DNA from: Anaerolineaceae bacterium
GTDB taxonomy: Bacteria; Chloroflexota; Anaerolineae; Aggregatilineales; Phototrophicaceae
Reading direction: 5' to 3'
Length of the DNA stretch: 64,000 nt
Assembly (NCBI GenBank): GCA_016124855.1
Contig: WGMX01000003.1
Location: forward strand, 19,765 to 83,764
The notes under the pieces are model-generated. The model saw only the letters and a list, made by a program, of their open reading frames with translations. It did not search any database and was not told the origin of the DNA. Made by a program: the position numbers and the translations under genes. This document shows positions 49,071 through 59,361 of this stretch, in pieces (position 1 is the first letter of the stretch; every line of letters begins with the position of its first letter).

Positions 49071-49667
49071 ATGTCAGATATAGACACTCATCTAAATAAC
49101 CGCGCCGAACGCCGACGGATGCAGTCACATCAACAGTTGCTCCGCGCAACGGCCCAATTGATGACCGAAAAAAGCTATTCAGCTTTAACCATCAAAGCCA
49201 TCACCGAGCGGGCTGATCTAGGTTACGGTACGTTTTATCTACACTTCAAAGATTTAGATGACGCTGTTTGGGAAGTCATTTACCAGATGGCTGAAGAAGC
49301 GCGGCTGCAAACTGAAGCTCAGATCAGCGGACTGCCCTTCCCTATACGTGAATATCAGTCATGGGTGTTCTTGTTCGACTTCGCAGCACAAACACGCCAA
49401 GAAATTAGCCAAGTCTTTGGACAAAATGGCAGTGCCACTTTGCTCCAACGCTATCAAAACTATCTCGCTGCGTTACACGAAGAAAATTTGACCGCCGGGC
49501 ATTACTCATCAGGATTAGAGTTACCACCGGCATTTTTAGCGCAGTTCATCACCGGAGCGCTCGTCCGCTTACTGATCTGGTGGTCGGAAACACCAAACAC
49601 CTATACCCCCAAACAAATGGCAGATATGATGTACCAAACAGTCTATCGACAGCCACCGCCGAGATAA
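49071..49667 (+). CDS. TetR-family regulator, divergent from the P450
   Basis: HTH LTIKAITERADLGYGTFYLHF. Confidence 0.9.
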   Translation: MSDIDTHLNNRAERRRMQSHQQLLRATAQLMTEKSYSALTIKAITERADLGYGTFYLHFKDLDDAVWEVIYQMAEEARLQTEAQISGLPFPIREYQSWVFLFDFAAQTRQEISQVFGQNGSATLLQRYQNYLAALHEENLTAGHYSSGLELPPAFLAQFITGALVRLLIWWSETPNTYTPKQMADMMYQTVYRQPPPR

Positions 49668-49668
49668 A

Positions 49669-51378
49669 TTATGAGGCTTTATCCAGAGGCAGCCGGACTG
49701 TAAAGGTGCTGCCGACTTCCGGCTCGCTATCCACTGTAATCGAACCGCCATGTGCCACGACAATCATTTTGGTCACACTTAAGCCCAAGCCAACACCGCC
49801 TGAGTCAACACCGCGTGCAGAGTCAACCCGATAAAACAACTCAAAAATATGATCGATGTGTTCTTTTGAAATGCCGACACCTGTATCTTGAATAACAACC
49901 TGAACATCTTTTTCAACCAGCAGGGTTTTAACCGTTACCACGCCACCGGGCGGCATGAAACTCAGCGCATTACGCAGCAGTTCACGGAACGCACGGCGCA
50001 GTTCACCGGCATCGGCATTCAAACGTGGGATGTACCCATTCGGTTGAAAGACGATCATCTGGTTCTGTTGATGTGCCTTGCTGGTGTATTCGGTTATGAC
50101 ATCGGTGATTAAGTCGTTCAAGTCGCACGGATGGCGCTGCAAGTTTGTTAATGACGAAATCACTGTTAAGTTTTCAAGCTGCACGCTCATATGCGTTACA
50201 GACCGGCGAATGGCATTCAATTTAGACATCGCCTGATCATCTTGTGACTTTTTGATCAGGTTTTCGGCTAGATAACGGCTGGTTTCAATCGTCGCCAATG
50301 CAGTACGAAAATCGTGGGAAAATGCCGTTACAAAATCGCGCACCAGTTTCGAGCGTTCTTCTTGTATCGCTAGATCAATTTTCTGGGCCTCTGCCACCTT
50401 TTGGGCAGTGATATCCTGTGCTACACCGTAATAACGTACCATTCGATTTTCGGCGCTGTTCCATACCACATTACGGCTCAAGCGCAGCCAGCGTAGTTCG
50501 CCCTGTTTTGTGAAAATGCGGTAGTCGTCAACGCTGGATTGACCGGCATTTGCTTTCTGAACACTTTCTTTAAAACGAGGTAAATCATCGGGGTGAAACA
50601 GCCTACCGGTTAGCTTATCGTCAATATCGGCGAGGGTATAACCCGTTATGCGCGTGAATTCATCAGTCAGCCATTCATCCCGAATAAGTCCGTCCTTTTC
50701 AACCGTTACACTAAAGGCATAATTCGGTATCAAATCGGATACCATCTTAAAGCGCGATTCACTTTCAGCCAATTGATTGCGTTGTGCTTCTTCAATCCGG
50801 GTATGGTAATAAACAAAGAGCAGCACTAAACCTGTCGTCATTACATAAAAAGCCAACGGCCCTTTTACCATTTGATCAAATCGCACAAAAGGTATAATGA
50901 GCGGTAACAGCGCCATCAACACCAGATGAAAAACTGCAACCATCCCAGTAAAGCGGATTGAGTAAAATTGACTGCAAAACAGAATGAAAAGCACCAAATA
51001 CATTAATGTGGAAAGATATCCGAACATCGAAACGCTTATAGCCGCCAAACCGAAAACAATTAGCGTAGACTGAGCTACCAGCAAAATGCCGGCTGCTCGT
51101 GTGTACCCTTTGCGGACAGCAGCAAACGAGACCAACAGCAGCACGCCGCTAATCCAAATAATAGAAAGCCGAAGTAAAATATGGGGCAAATCAGGAAATA
51201 AAAGAAACCGAAGTGTTAAAACACCCGTAATTGTAAAAAAGACAATCAAGAACAGTTGAGCCATAAATCGCACTCGAATCCGTTCATCATTGTCTTTTAC
51301 AGTTATGGCTGGCATAGTAACCCGCTGCCAAAAGTCTGCGATGTTTTTGAGCAATGTCGGCAGTGAATGTTTGTCCAC
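49669..51378 (-). CDS. Membrane PAS-domain histidine kinase
   Basis: About 5 TMs, PAS (HPDD...GELRWL...DIT), SHDFRT, DTGVGI, GVGLGL. Confidence 0.9.
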   Translation of the reverse strand: MDKHSLPTLLKNIADFWQRVTMPAITVKDNDERIRVRFMAQLFLIVFFTITGVLTLRFLLFPDLPHILLRLSIIWISGVLLLVSFAAVRKGYTRAAGILLVAQSTLIVFGLAAISVSMFGYLSTLMYLVLFILFCSQFYSIRFTGMVAVFHLVLMALLPLIIPFVRFDQMVKGPLAFYVMTTGLVLLFVYYHTRIEEAQRNQLAESESRFKMVSDLIPNYAFSVTVEKDGLIRDEWLTDEFTRITGYTLADIDDKLTGRLFHPDDLPRFKESVQKANAGQSSVDDYRIFTKQGELRWLRLSRNVVWNSAENRMVRYYGVAQDITAQKVAEAQKIDLAIQEERSKLVRDFVTAFSHDFRTALATIETSRYLAENLIKKSQDDQAMSKLNAIRRSVTHMSVQLENLTVISSLTNLQRHPCDLNDLITDVITEYTSKAHQQNQMIVFQPNGYIPRLNADAGELRRAFRELLRNALSFMPPGGVVTVKTLLVEKDVQVVIQDTGVGISKEHIDHIFELFYRVDSARGVDSGGVGLGLSVTKMIVVAHGGSITVDSEPEVGSTFTVRLPLDKAS

Positions 51379-51462
51379 AGTAACCCTGTAATAGCGTTGA
51401 TATGTCCCAATTTTACATCTGCGCCAACCAGCAACCTATAGTTAAAGAGTATAACGAACCAC

Positions 51463-52470
51463 ATGAATAATCATCATTGGCCTATATACGGACATGATTG
51501 GGCAGTTGAACATCTGCGCAAGAGTATCGCCCATTCGCGCATTCGTCATGCCTACTTAATCGTCGGTTCGGAGTCGATTGGCAAGGAAACGTTGGCACGG
51601 GCGCTTGCCATGACCCTCAACTGCACGCATGACGACGAAAATGCCCGCCCCTGTGGACAATGCAGCAGTTGTAAACGCATCGCCAGCGGCAACCATCCCG
51701 ACATCATTTATTCCGAGTTAGATGCCTCGACCGGCGCACTCAAGATCGAAGAAATCCGCAGTGTAACCGGCAAAATTGCTCTCAAGCCTTATGAAGCCCG
51801 CTACCGGATTGCCATTTTGCGTGACTTCGACCACGCTCGCCCTCAAGCGCAGGATGCGTTACTCAAAACACTGGAAGAACCACCGCCGCAAGCACTGATG
51901 ATTTTACTTGCTCCCTCCACCGAATCGGTACTGCCCACCATTGCCAGTCGAAGTCAGATCATTCATCTGCGTCCGGTTCCAACTGAGATTGTCCACAATG
52001 TACTGCTCAATGAAAAACAAGTGCCACAAGACCACGCCGGTTTGCTTGCGCGTTTGAGCGGCGGACGTATGGGATGGGTCATGCAGGCCTTGGCTGAACC
52101 GTCGATGCTCGAACAACGTGCAGAAGCCCTCAACTTGCTCGAAAATTTAATCCCCATGAATCGCGCCAAACGATTTGAAATTGCCGAGGATTTAAGCAAA
52201 GACAAACTCGCGCTCTACCCGTTGTTGGAACTCTGGCAAAGCTACTGGCGTGATGTTTTACTACTCTGTCAAGGCGTTGGCGACAGTCCAGCGAATATAG
52301 ATCGGCAAGCAGCCCTCCAGCAAATTGCCAGCCAAACTACCCCTGATGAAGCCCTCACCGCGATACAAGCCACACGCAACCTCTTAAGTAATTTATCAAC
52401 CAACCTCAACCTGCGTTTGGCAATCGAAGTCATGTTCTTAGATTATCCCGGCTTGCCCAACAAAGGGTAG
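51463..52470 (+). CDS. holB: DNA polymerase III subunit delta'
   Basis: HAYLIVG..SIGK, Zn motif C...PCGQCSSC, HPD, ALLKTLEEPP, LPTIASR. Confidence 0.9.
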   Translation: MNNHHWPIYGHDWAVEHLRKSIAHSRIRHAYLIVGSESIGKETLARALAMTLNCTHDDENARPCGQCSSCKRIASGNHPDIIYSELDASTGALKIEEIRSVTGKIALKPYEARYRIAILRDFDHARPQAQDALLKTLEEPPPQALMILLAPSTESVLPTIASRSQIIHLRPVPTEIVHNVLLNEKQVPQDHAGLLARLSGGRMGWVMQALAEPSMLEQRAEALNLLENLIPMNRAKRFEIAEDLSKDKLALYPLLELWQSYWRDVLLLCQGVGDSPANIDRQAALQQIASQTTPDEALTAIQATRNLLSNLSTNLNLRLAIEVMFLDYPGLPNKG

Positions 52471-52684
52471 TTGGGGATCAAATTATTCTTCAGTTGGAGA
52501 CATATGCCGGTTTCCATGCTGTGTAAAATGAGCAAATTTTGAATAACTTTTGAACTGTACTCACCGCCTGAATCAAGACACAATGAGACTATACTGTTAC
52601 TAGCGGATTCAGGCATATATGATTACTTCATTTCCAACGTATGCTATACTACCCCTGCGTTCCAACCAACGTGAAAAGGGCCGC

Positions 52685-53248
52685 ATGAGCCAAACTAATG
52701 AGTTGTTATTACTTCAACGGGTGCAAGCCGGAGATGAGGATGCACTCATCATACTTCACAACCAATTCGCGAACCTCGTTTTCTCGGTAGCTTACCGCGT
52801 CCTTAATGACCAGATGGCGGCTGAAGAAGTCACCCAAGATACCTTCATGCGGCTGTGGAATAAATCCTATAGTTATGATCCCGAAAAAGGACGCTTTACC
52901 ACATGGCTGCTCACTGTTACACGCCGTTTAGCCATTGACGTCTTACGCTTACGCCAGCGGCGTGAACCAAAAGCCGGCATGCTTTTCATGGACGAAGACC
53001 CGTCACTGTGGGAAAATATACTTTCGGTAGAAGGTGGAAGCGATTTACGCCGCAACCTGAAATCGGCTTTAGATCAACTGCCGCCAGAACAGAGCGAGTT
53101 GATCGAAATGGTTTACTTTTATGGGATGTCCCATAATGACATCGCTGAAACCACAGGCATTCCGCTCGGAACTGTCAAAACCCGCATCCGTTTGGGGATG
53201 CAAAAATTAAGGTCGGCTTGGAATGGCGATGATGTTAAATCCAAATAA
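52685..53248 (+). CDS. ECF sigma-70 factor (SigK-like)
   Basis: AEEVTQDTFMRLW, WLLTVTRRLAID, PLGTVKTRIRLG. Confidence 0.92.
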   Translation: MSQTNELLLLQRVQAGDEDALIILHNQFANLVFSVAYRVLNDQMAAEEVTQDTFMRLWNKSYSYDPEKGRFTTWLLTVTRRLAIDVLRLRQRREPKAGMLFMDEDPSLWENILSVEGGSDLRRNLKSALDQLPPEQSELIEMVYFYGMSHNDIAETTGIPLGTVKTRIRLGMQKLRSAWNGDDVKSK

Positions 53249-53346
53249 GATGAGTTCTCCGTAAGATTTGTTATGGACATGATATGTCATCAGCACCCGA
53301 TAGTACCTAGTGATGTGCGCTTTCCGCACAATCGTTGATGTAAAGA

Positions 53347-54072
53347 ATGATGGATAGAAACGAACTTCTCGATCTGATACCGGCATACGCTTTAGAAGCA
53401 CTCGAACCTGATGAAAAACGTCAGGTCGAGGCGTTATTAATGATGGATACCGAAGCACAACAGATGCTCGCCGAGTATCAGGACATTACCCATAATCTCA
53501 TACTGGCGACGCCTGCCCGAAAAGCTCCTGTTCACCTTCAGGACGATCTGCGCAAACGGTTGGCGGACAATCGACCTAATCGGACTCATGCAGCCGCTTC
53601 TGTTCCATTGCGTTCAGCACGTAGGATCAATGTTTGGGTTCCGCTATTAGCTGCGGCGGCCATCTTGATTATTATTTTCGGCGCTGTTAGTTATCTCACC
53701 CGCGATAAAGCTAAAGAACTCTACGATCAAATTATCGTCATGCCCGACCACAAAACGTTACCTATTCCAGACAAAGAAGGTAATCCAATCGGTGAGATGG
53801 TCGCCTCGGCTGATGGATCACAAGCAGTCATTCGGATGACCCGAATGCCAGCTTTGCAAACAGATCGTACGTTTCAATTATGGTTAATTGATGACAGCGG
53901 TGCAAAAAGCGGTGGCGTTTTCCCCTTTACCCAACCAGACGCGAACTATTATGTCATCGTGCCCTTACAGAAAAATGTACTGGCTTATAAAGCTTTTGGC
54001 GTATCCGTTGAACCAATGGGTGGCAGCGACGCGCCTTCGACGACCCCGATTGTGGTCATTAGCACAGCCTAG
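53347..54072 (+). CDS. Anti-sigma factor (RskA-like)
   Basis: LIPAYALEALE, central TM, FQLWLI, FGVSVEPMGGS..P. Confidence 0.88.
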   Translation: MMDRNELLDLIPAYALEALEPDEKRQVEALLMMDTEAQQMLAEYQDITHNLILATPARKAPVHLQDDLRKRLADNRPNRTHAAASVPLRSARRINVWVPLLAAAAILIIIFGAVSYLTRDKAKELYDQIIVMPDHKTLPIPDKEGNPIGEMVASADGSQAVIRMTRMPALQTDRTFQLWLIDDSGAKSGGVFPFTQPDANYYVIVPLQKNVLAYKAFGVSVEPMGGSDAPSTTPIVVISTA

Positions 54073-54081
54073 TTAATCCTG

Positions 54082-55137
54082 TTATTCTTTAATTAATGTC
54101 ATCAATGTCTGCTCCGCCCGCGATAAACCGAATGGGGATCGACTCGCGTGGTGACGTTGATACATTGGCACAAGTTTTCCCGCTCTGTAAGCATTCATAA
54201 TCAGTGGATGGATATAATACTTCACACAAACTGACTTGGTGTTCCCCAATAACTGCGACACATATTTTACACACTCGCGACACATCTTTTCATTCGGCTC
54301 GTCCGTGCATTCCTCACATAAATATTTAATTGCCAAAACTGAACCACCCCATGTACGAAAAACCTTCGCCGTAAATGGCTCGCCCGTAATCTCAAGTAAA
54401 TAAGCATTCACATCTGCCGAGCCAATCGTCTGACGGTCGCCGTTTTCGTCATAGTATTGAAACAGGTCATATCCCGGAATATCACGGCACTGCTTGACAA
54501 TTTTCGCCAAGCGTTTATCCGCCAGCGTGATCTCATGCTCTTTGCCGCTTTTGCCTACGAACTCAAACGTGACCTTACCGCCTTTAACATGCGCGTGTTT
54601 ATCGTGAAGGGTTGTCAGCCCATATGACTCATTGGCTTCCGCATATTCAGCATTACCAATACGAATGAGGGTTTTTTCCAGCAAGCGCACAATCGTCGCC
54701 AAAACCCGTGTTCGTGAGAGTTTGTGTTCTCGTAGATGCGATTCAGTCACTTTACGAATCGTTGGCAGCGCCTTGCCAAATTTATATAGCATTCCGAACT
54801 TTTCCTCACTGGTCATCTTGTTCCAGCGTGGATGATAGCGGTACTGCTTGCGGCCTTTATTGTCGCGTCCGGTAGCTAAGATGTGTCCATTCTTATGGGG
54901 ACTAATCCACACCTCTTTCCATGCGGGCGGAATCACCAATGAATCAATCCATTCGCGGGTGGATTTGTCATGAATCATATTTCCTTTTGTATCGTAATAA
55001 ACGAACCCCTTCCCTTTTTTCTGGCGGCTAAAACCTGCGCCGTTAATATCCGCGTGGCGCAAATGAGCATCACTCAACATATCGGACACGATGTATACAA
55101 CCTCAACGTTGTTTTTTATGACTGTAGTCCCTTCCAT
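54082..55137 (-). CDS. Bacterial DNA topoisomerase IB
   Basis: IPPAWKEVWI, GRDNKGRKQYRYH, IRIGN, GKSGK, AKVFRTW, LGNT..VC..YYIHP. Confidence 0.93.
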   Translation of the reverse strand: MEGTTVIKNNVEVVYIVSDMLSDAHLRHADINGAGFSRQKKGKGFVYYDTKGNMIHDKSTREWIDSLVIPPAWKEVWISPHKNGHILATGRDNKGRKQYRYHPRWNKMTSEEKFGMLYKFGKALPTIRKVTESHLREHKLSRTRVLATIVRLLEKTLIRIGNAEYAEANESYGLTTLHDKHAHVKGGKVTFEFVGKSGKEHEITLADKRLAKIVKQCRDIPGYDLFQYYDENGDRQTIGSADVNAYLLEITGEPFTAKVFRTWGGSVLAIKYLCEECTDEPNEKMCRECVKYVSQLLGNTKSVCVKYYIHPLIMNAYRAGKLVPMYQRHHASRSPFGLSRAEQTLMTLIKE

Positions 55138-55254
55138 AACTTTTTAAATGAGCATGGCAGTCAGTGAAATATAGGCCGATTGGGCAAACAAAAGCTTGTC
55201 ACGCCTGTTTGCAAAACCCGTTTTGCCTTTTATACTCAAGCCACTAAGAGGATT

Positions 55255-55806
55255 ATGCCCATGCTGCCTAATGACCGCGCCCATACCTTTGCCGATGCCC
55301 CGATGGCGGATTTACTGAGTGTCCTGCTGCGACAACTAAAGCGTCCTTTGGCTACACAGGGTTTCAAACTCACTGATGCAGAAGCTAATCGCCTCGCAAC
55401 CGAACGTGTCGAAGGTAAAACGCCTCAGCGCAGTCTTGAGTTGGTGGCAGCCTTAGAAGAAGTTGTGCGCGAAAGCGAATCTGTATTAGCCAAATTGGGC
55501 CTAACTTTCCAAACCTCATTAGATGCCGACCTCAGCACCGTCGGGAATTGGAAAACAACGGCTGAGTTTTTGGACATCGCCAACGAAAAGGCCAATGCTG
55601 AACTAAGAATCACACTTGGTTCTGCCCTCGATATGGCTTTCGTAGGGGATGACCAATTTGCGCTTTATTTATTGTTTTTAGCCGAAGGCAATCACGGTGA
55701 CGAAACTGTCATCGCCCAACGGATACTCAGTTTTGTCACGGGAATTGCTGCCGACAAGCATGATTGGCTTAAACAAGTGCGCTCATGGCTTGACGACAGC
55801 GCTTGA
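55255..55806 (+). CDS. Hypothetical protein
   Basis: Open frame with RBS (gagg) before ATG 55255; no recognised motif. Confidence 0.55.
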   Translation: MPMLPNDRAHTFADAPMADLLSVLLRQLKRPLATQGFKLTDAEANRLATERVEGKTPQRSLELVAALEEVVRESESVLAKLGLTFQTSLDADLSTVGNWKTTAEFLDIANEKANAELRITLGSALDMAFVGDDQFALYLLFLAEGNHGDETVIAQRILSFVTGIAADKHDWLKQVRSWLDDSA

Positions 55807-55878
55807 ATAGCGTCTAATTATGTTATTCTTGGTACGCATGTTGCTAGTTTTTTCACAATTTCCTTGGAGCAAAAACCC

Positions 55879-56292
55879 ATGTCCGAACCTACAGTTATCA
55901 CCCAGCGCGATGATACCGCGATTCTTGAGGACATTTATCACCTGCTTGCCACCTATCCACCGCTTACGAACGACCGCCATGCGATTCAGGTCAGCGTGGA
56001 TAACGGGGCAGTTACCATCAGCGGTCACGTCATGACCACCAATACACGCCGTTTCTTCCTCAGCCGCCTGACCAGCATTGAAGGCGTCAAATCGGTTGAT
56101 GCCGAAAATTTGCATGATGATACTGCTATTCGCATTCAGCTCAGCCCGTTAATTCCGGCGGGTGTTCAGGCCAATATCCGGCACGGTGTCGTTGTTCTCT
56201 CCGGTACGCCCCCACAAGATATTGAAGCGCTCGCCAACAAAATTCTTGAACTACGCGGCGTAGAAAAGGTTGTCAGCGGTTTCGGTGGGTAA
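55879..56292 (+). CDS. BON-domain protein
   Basis: DTAI...IQVSVDNGAVTISGHV...GVKSV; second BON-like half. Confidence 0.78.
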   Translation: MSEPTVITQRDDTAILEDIYHLLATYPPLTNDRHAIQVSVDNGAVTISGHVMTTNTRRFFLSRLTSIEGVKSVDAENLHDDTAIRIQLSPLIPAGVQANIRHGVVVLSGTPPQDIEALANKILELRGVEKVVSGFGG

Positions 56293-56324
56293 ATTACTAC
56301 CCAACGCCTATTACCTGTAAATAC

Positions 56325-57452
56325 ATGCGTATCTTATTCATTGCTGCCCTGCACCATCCCGAAGTTTTGCAAGCGGCCATTGCTGCTGCACCGGCTGGAC
56401 AGCAACCGCCTTTATTTCCCACCAGTACTGCGCAAAACTTCTGGGTAAAAGCGCTCCAAAAACGTGGGCATTTGTCTGATGTGTTTTATCGCAATCTGCC
56501 AGCGTGGGGCGGCGAACTTAAGTCACTCCACTACACCAATCGCTGGACACCGGGACGCATCGCCACCGCCCTTTCACACCGAATTCCGCCAGAATTCAAT
56601 CCCGATTATCGCCTACGCAACCAAAATCTAGTCAAAAAAGCCCGCACTTTTAAACCAGATTGGCTGTGGATGGTCGGTGATAACACGGTCATTACTGCCA
56701 GCACACTCGCGCAAATCAAGGCTGAAACGGGCTGTAAAATCATTTACACCACTGGCACATCACCCATTGTCTTTTCGCGTCCGGTGGAGCGCAAAGCCGC
56801 CCGACTCTATGATCTGGTACTGGTCAATGACTACTATCATGGCATCCAGTGGCTGGAATTGGGCGCAAAGCACATGGATTGTATGCCCACTGTCGCTTGT
56901 GATCCTGAATTCCATCACCCTTACGCTTTAACCGACGATCAGCGCAATGCCTTTAGCTGTGACATTGCTTTCGTCGGCACCCTCATTCCCGATAACCTCT
57001 ACAGCAGGCGTATCCAAGCCCTTGAAGCCCTCAAAGATTTCGACTTGGGCGTGTGGAGCGTCCACGACGTACCGCCTTCGCTGCGTCTTTTTGCGCGTGG
57101 CAGCGCTTTAGGTGGCGACATGCTCGAAGTACTCTCCGCCGCTAAAATGACCGTCAACACACACGGCGACTTTATGCGCTATGGCGGAAACATGCGCTTG
57201 TTCGAAGCCGCAGCCGTCGGTGTATTTCAACTGGCTGATGATCTCCCCGGTGTTCACAAATGGTTTACTGATGGCGAAAACATCATCACCTATAAAGATC
57301 ATGATGACCTCCGCGCCAAAGTTCGTTATTACCTTGACCACGACACCGAACGTGAAGCACTTGTTCAGCGCGCCCGTGAGCACGTATATACTCACCATAC
57401 CTACGATCAGCGTGTCCTCCGCCTCGAAGAACTCGTCGCTGCTTCTAGCTAG
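56325..57452 (+). CDS. CgeB-like glycosyltransferase (GT-B)
   Basis: DIAFVGT, NMRLFEAAAVG, YYLDHDTERE, HTYDQR. Confidence 0.85.
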   Translation: MRILFIAALHHPEVLQAAIAAAPAGQQPPLFPTSTAQNFWVKALQKRGHLSDVFYRNLPAWGGELKSLHYTNRWTPGRIATALSHRIPPEFNPDYRLRNQNLVKKARTFKPDWLWMVGDNTVITASTLAQIKAETGCKIIYTTGTSPIVFSRPVERKAARLYDLVLVNDYYHGIQWLELGAKHMDCMPTVACDPEFHHPYALTDDQRNAFSCDIAFVGTLIPDNLYSRRIQALEALKDFDLGVWSVHDVPPSLRLFARGSALGGDMLEVLSAAKMTVNTHGDFMRYGGNMRLFEAAAVGVFQLADDLPGVHKWFTDGENIITYKDHDDLRAKVRYYLDHDTEREALVQRAREHVYTHHTYDQRVLRLEELVAASS

Positions 57453-57506
57453 AATTCTCACGCTGCCTATGTTAACCTCTTGTCCACAAAATCCGGTGGA
57501 CAAAGA

Positions 57507-58394
57507 ATGAACGACACGACTTACGAGGAAAAATTAAAGGCTGAAGCTGACCTTTGGGGTGATGAATTTGCCCAGCTCGCCCAATCTGCCCCACCCGATT
57601 GGCGCTGCTATCGGGACTTACGCCATAACGTCATCATGCACACCGCCGATGTGGATGAACTCCTCACCCACATTAAACCCGGTATGAGAGCCTTAGAACT
57701 CGGATGTGCAACCGGTTGGATTTCCTTAGCGATGGCTCAACAAGGTGCTGTCGTAACAGGAAGTGACCTCAGTGAAAAAGCCCTCTCTATCGCCCGCCAC
57801 TATTATGAGTCAATTAAGGATCAGGTAGCGGGGAGCGTTGAGTACCACGCGGCTGATATGAACGCCATTCAACTGCCTGAAAACACCTATGATGTCATCG
57901 TGGTCAAATCGGTGCTGCATCATCTCATCAACCTCGACCACACCATAACCGAAATTCATAAGGCGCTCAAACCCGGTGGTATCCTCTGGGCATCCGATAC
58001 CGACGGTGACGAAGCCGCTTCAACCGTGATTATCGCCGGGGGGTTGTGTCTCGTTCTGCCCACTGCGACCTCTTACGCCGATAAATTACAGGCACTGCTC
58101 AAGTTTGGTGTTCGTGCGCCGTCGCGCGTCAAAGCCAGCATCCAAGCCGAAGGACTCTCGCCCTTCGAAGGTGCAGGCCGCGAACATGACTGGATCAAAC
58201 TCATCGAGCGCCAGTTCACTATCGAAAAACGGGTTGATGCACCTGCTTTCACCGGTTACGTCACCGCCCAACTCAAGGCACCCGATTGGTTTGCCCTGCC
58301 ACTGCTCAAAACTTTCCGCTGGATTGATCAACGTCTTGTCAATCGAAAACTGCTGCACAACACGGGTGTTATTCTCTATGCACGCAAAAAGTAA
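57507..58394 (+). CDS. Class I SAM-dependent methyltransferase
   Basis: LELGCATG, YDVIV...LHH, LKPGG. Confidence 0.85.
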   Translation: MNDTTYEEKLKAEADLWGDEFAQLAQSAPPDWRCYRDLRHNVIMHTADVDELLTHIKPGMRALELGCATGWISLAMAQQGAVVTGSDLSEKALSIARHYYESIKDQVAGSVEYHAADMNAIQLPENTYDVIVVKSVLHHLINLDHTITEIHKALKPGGILWASDTDGDEAASTVIIAGGLCLVLPTATSYADKLQALLKFGVRAPSRVKASIQAEGLSPFEGAGREHDWIKLIERQFTIEKRVDAPAFTGYVTAQLKAPDWFALPLLKTFRWIDQRLVNRKLLHNTGVILYARKK

Positions 58395-58408
58395 CCGGAA
58401 TAGCTTTC

Positions 58409-59278
58409 ATGCCTGATGTATCCATCGTCATCGTCAACTACAACACCTGTGAACCCCTGCGCCGCTGCCTCCAGTCCATCCAAACAGAAGCTATTGACTT
58501 AGACGTTGAAGTGATTGTGGTTGATAACGGTTCCAAAGATGACAGTGCTGCGATGGTAAGCAAGGTCATGCCCCAAGCAACCGTGATTGAACCGGGGCAA
58601 AATACGTGGTTCAGTGGCGGGAATAATCTCGGCTTCCAACAGGCAAAAGGCGATTTCATCTATATCCTCAACGCCGATACCCGCTTACAGCCGAACGGCC
58701 TGCAAACCATGCTGGCTTACCTCAAAGCGCATCCGAATGTAGGCGCAGTCACATGCCGTATGGAATATCCAGAAGGCGGCTTACAACATACTTGTTCGCG
58801 TGTACCGGCATATATTGACCTTCTGCTTGGTTACACATTTTTAGGGGTGCTGTTGAAAAGCTGGCGAGATCGCCGCAGACATGTCATGTGGTATACCGGT
58901 TGGAATCGGGATTCGGGACAATCGATTGAAGTCGGTCCCGGTTCGAACTTACTCTGTACTCACACTGTCATTGAACAGATAGCCGGCTTTGACGAGCAGC
59001 TTAAACTGTATTTCACCGAAGATGATCTCTGTAAAAAAATCTTAGATGCGGGCTTCGAGATTCACTTTGTCGAAGGCGCTCTCCTGCTCCATGAAGAACG
59101 TGCCAGCACCAGCCAAATTTGGCGTATGGCCTCATACATTTACTTCGAAGATTTGCTGATCTTTTGCCGGAAATATTATGGGGATACTCGCGCATTCGTG
59201 TTACGCGCTCTTATGCTGCCTACCCGGATTGCGATGAACATTGCCCAACGGTTACGCGGAGAACGCACAGCACTTTAA
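58409..59278 (+). CDS. GT2 glycosyltransferase (WbbL/rhamnosyltransferase-like)
   Basis: VSIVIVNYNT, VVDNGSKD, LNAD, GFDE..LYFTEDDLC. Confidence 0.87.
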   Translation: MPDVSIVIVNYNTCEPLRRCLQSIQTEAIDLDVEVIVVDNGSKDDSAAMVSKVMPQATVIEPGQNTWFSGGNNLGFQQAKGDFIYILNADTRLQPNGLQTMLAYLKAHPNVGAVTCRMEYPEGGLQHTCSRVPAYIDLLLGYTFLGVLLKSWRDRRRHVMWYTGWNRDSGQSIEVGPGSNLLCTHTVIEQIAGFDEQLKLYFTEDDLCKKILDAGFEIHFVEGALLLHEERASTSQIWRMASYIYFEDLLIFCRKYYGDTRAFVLRALMLPTRIAMNIAQRLRGERTAL

Positions 59279-59361
59279 GACTGGCAACTCTATCGGCTTC
59301 CTTGTAGACTGACACCCTAAAATTTGCCTGTAAATCAATGTTTAGATGAGAGTCGATCACC

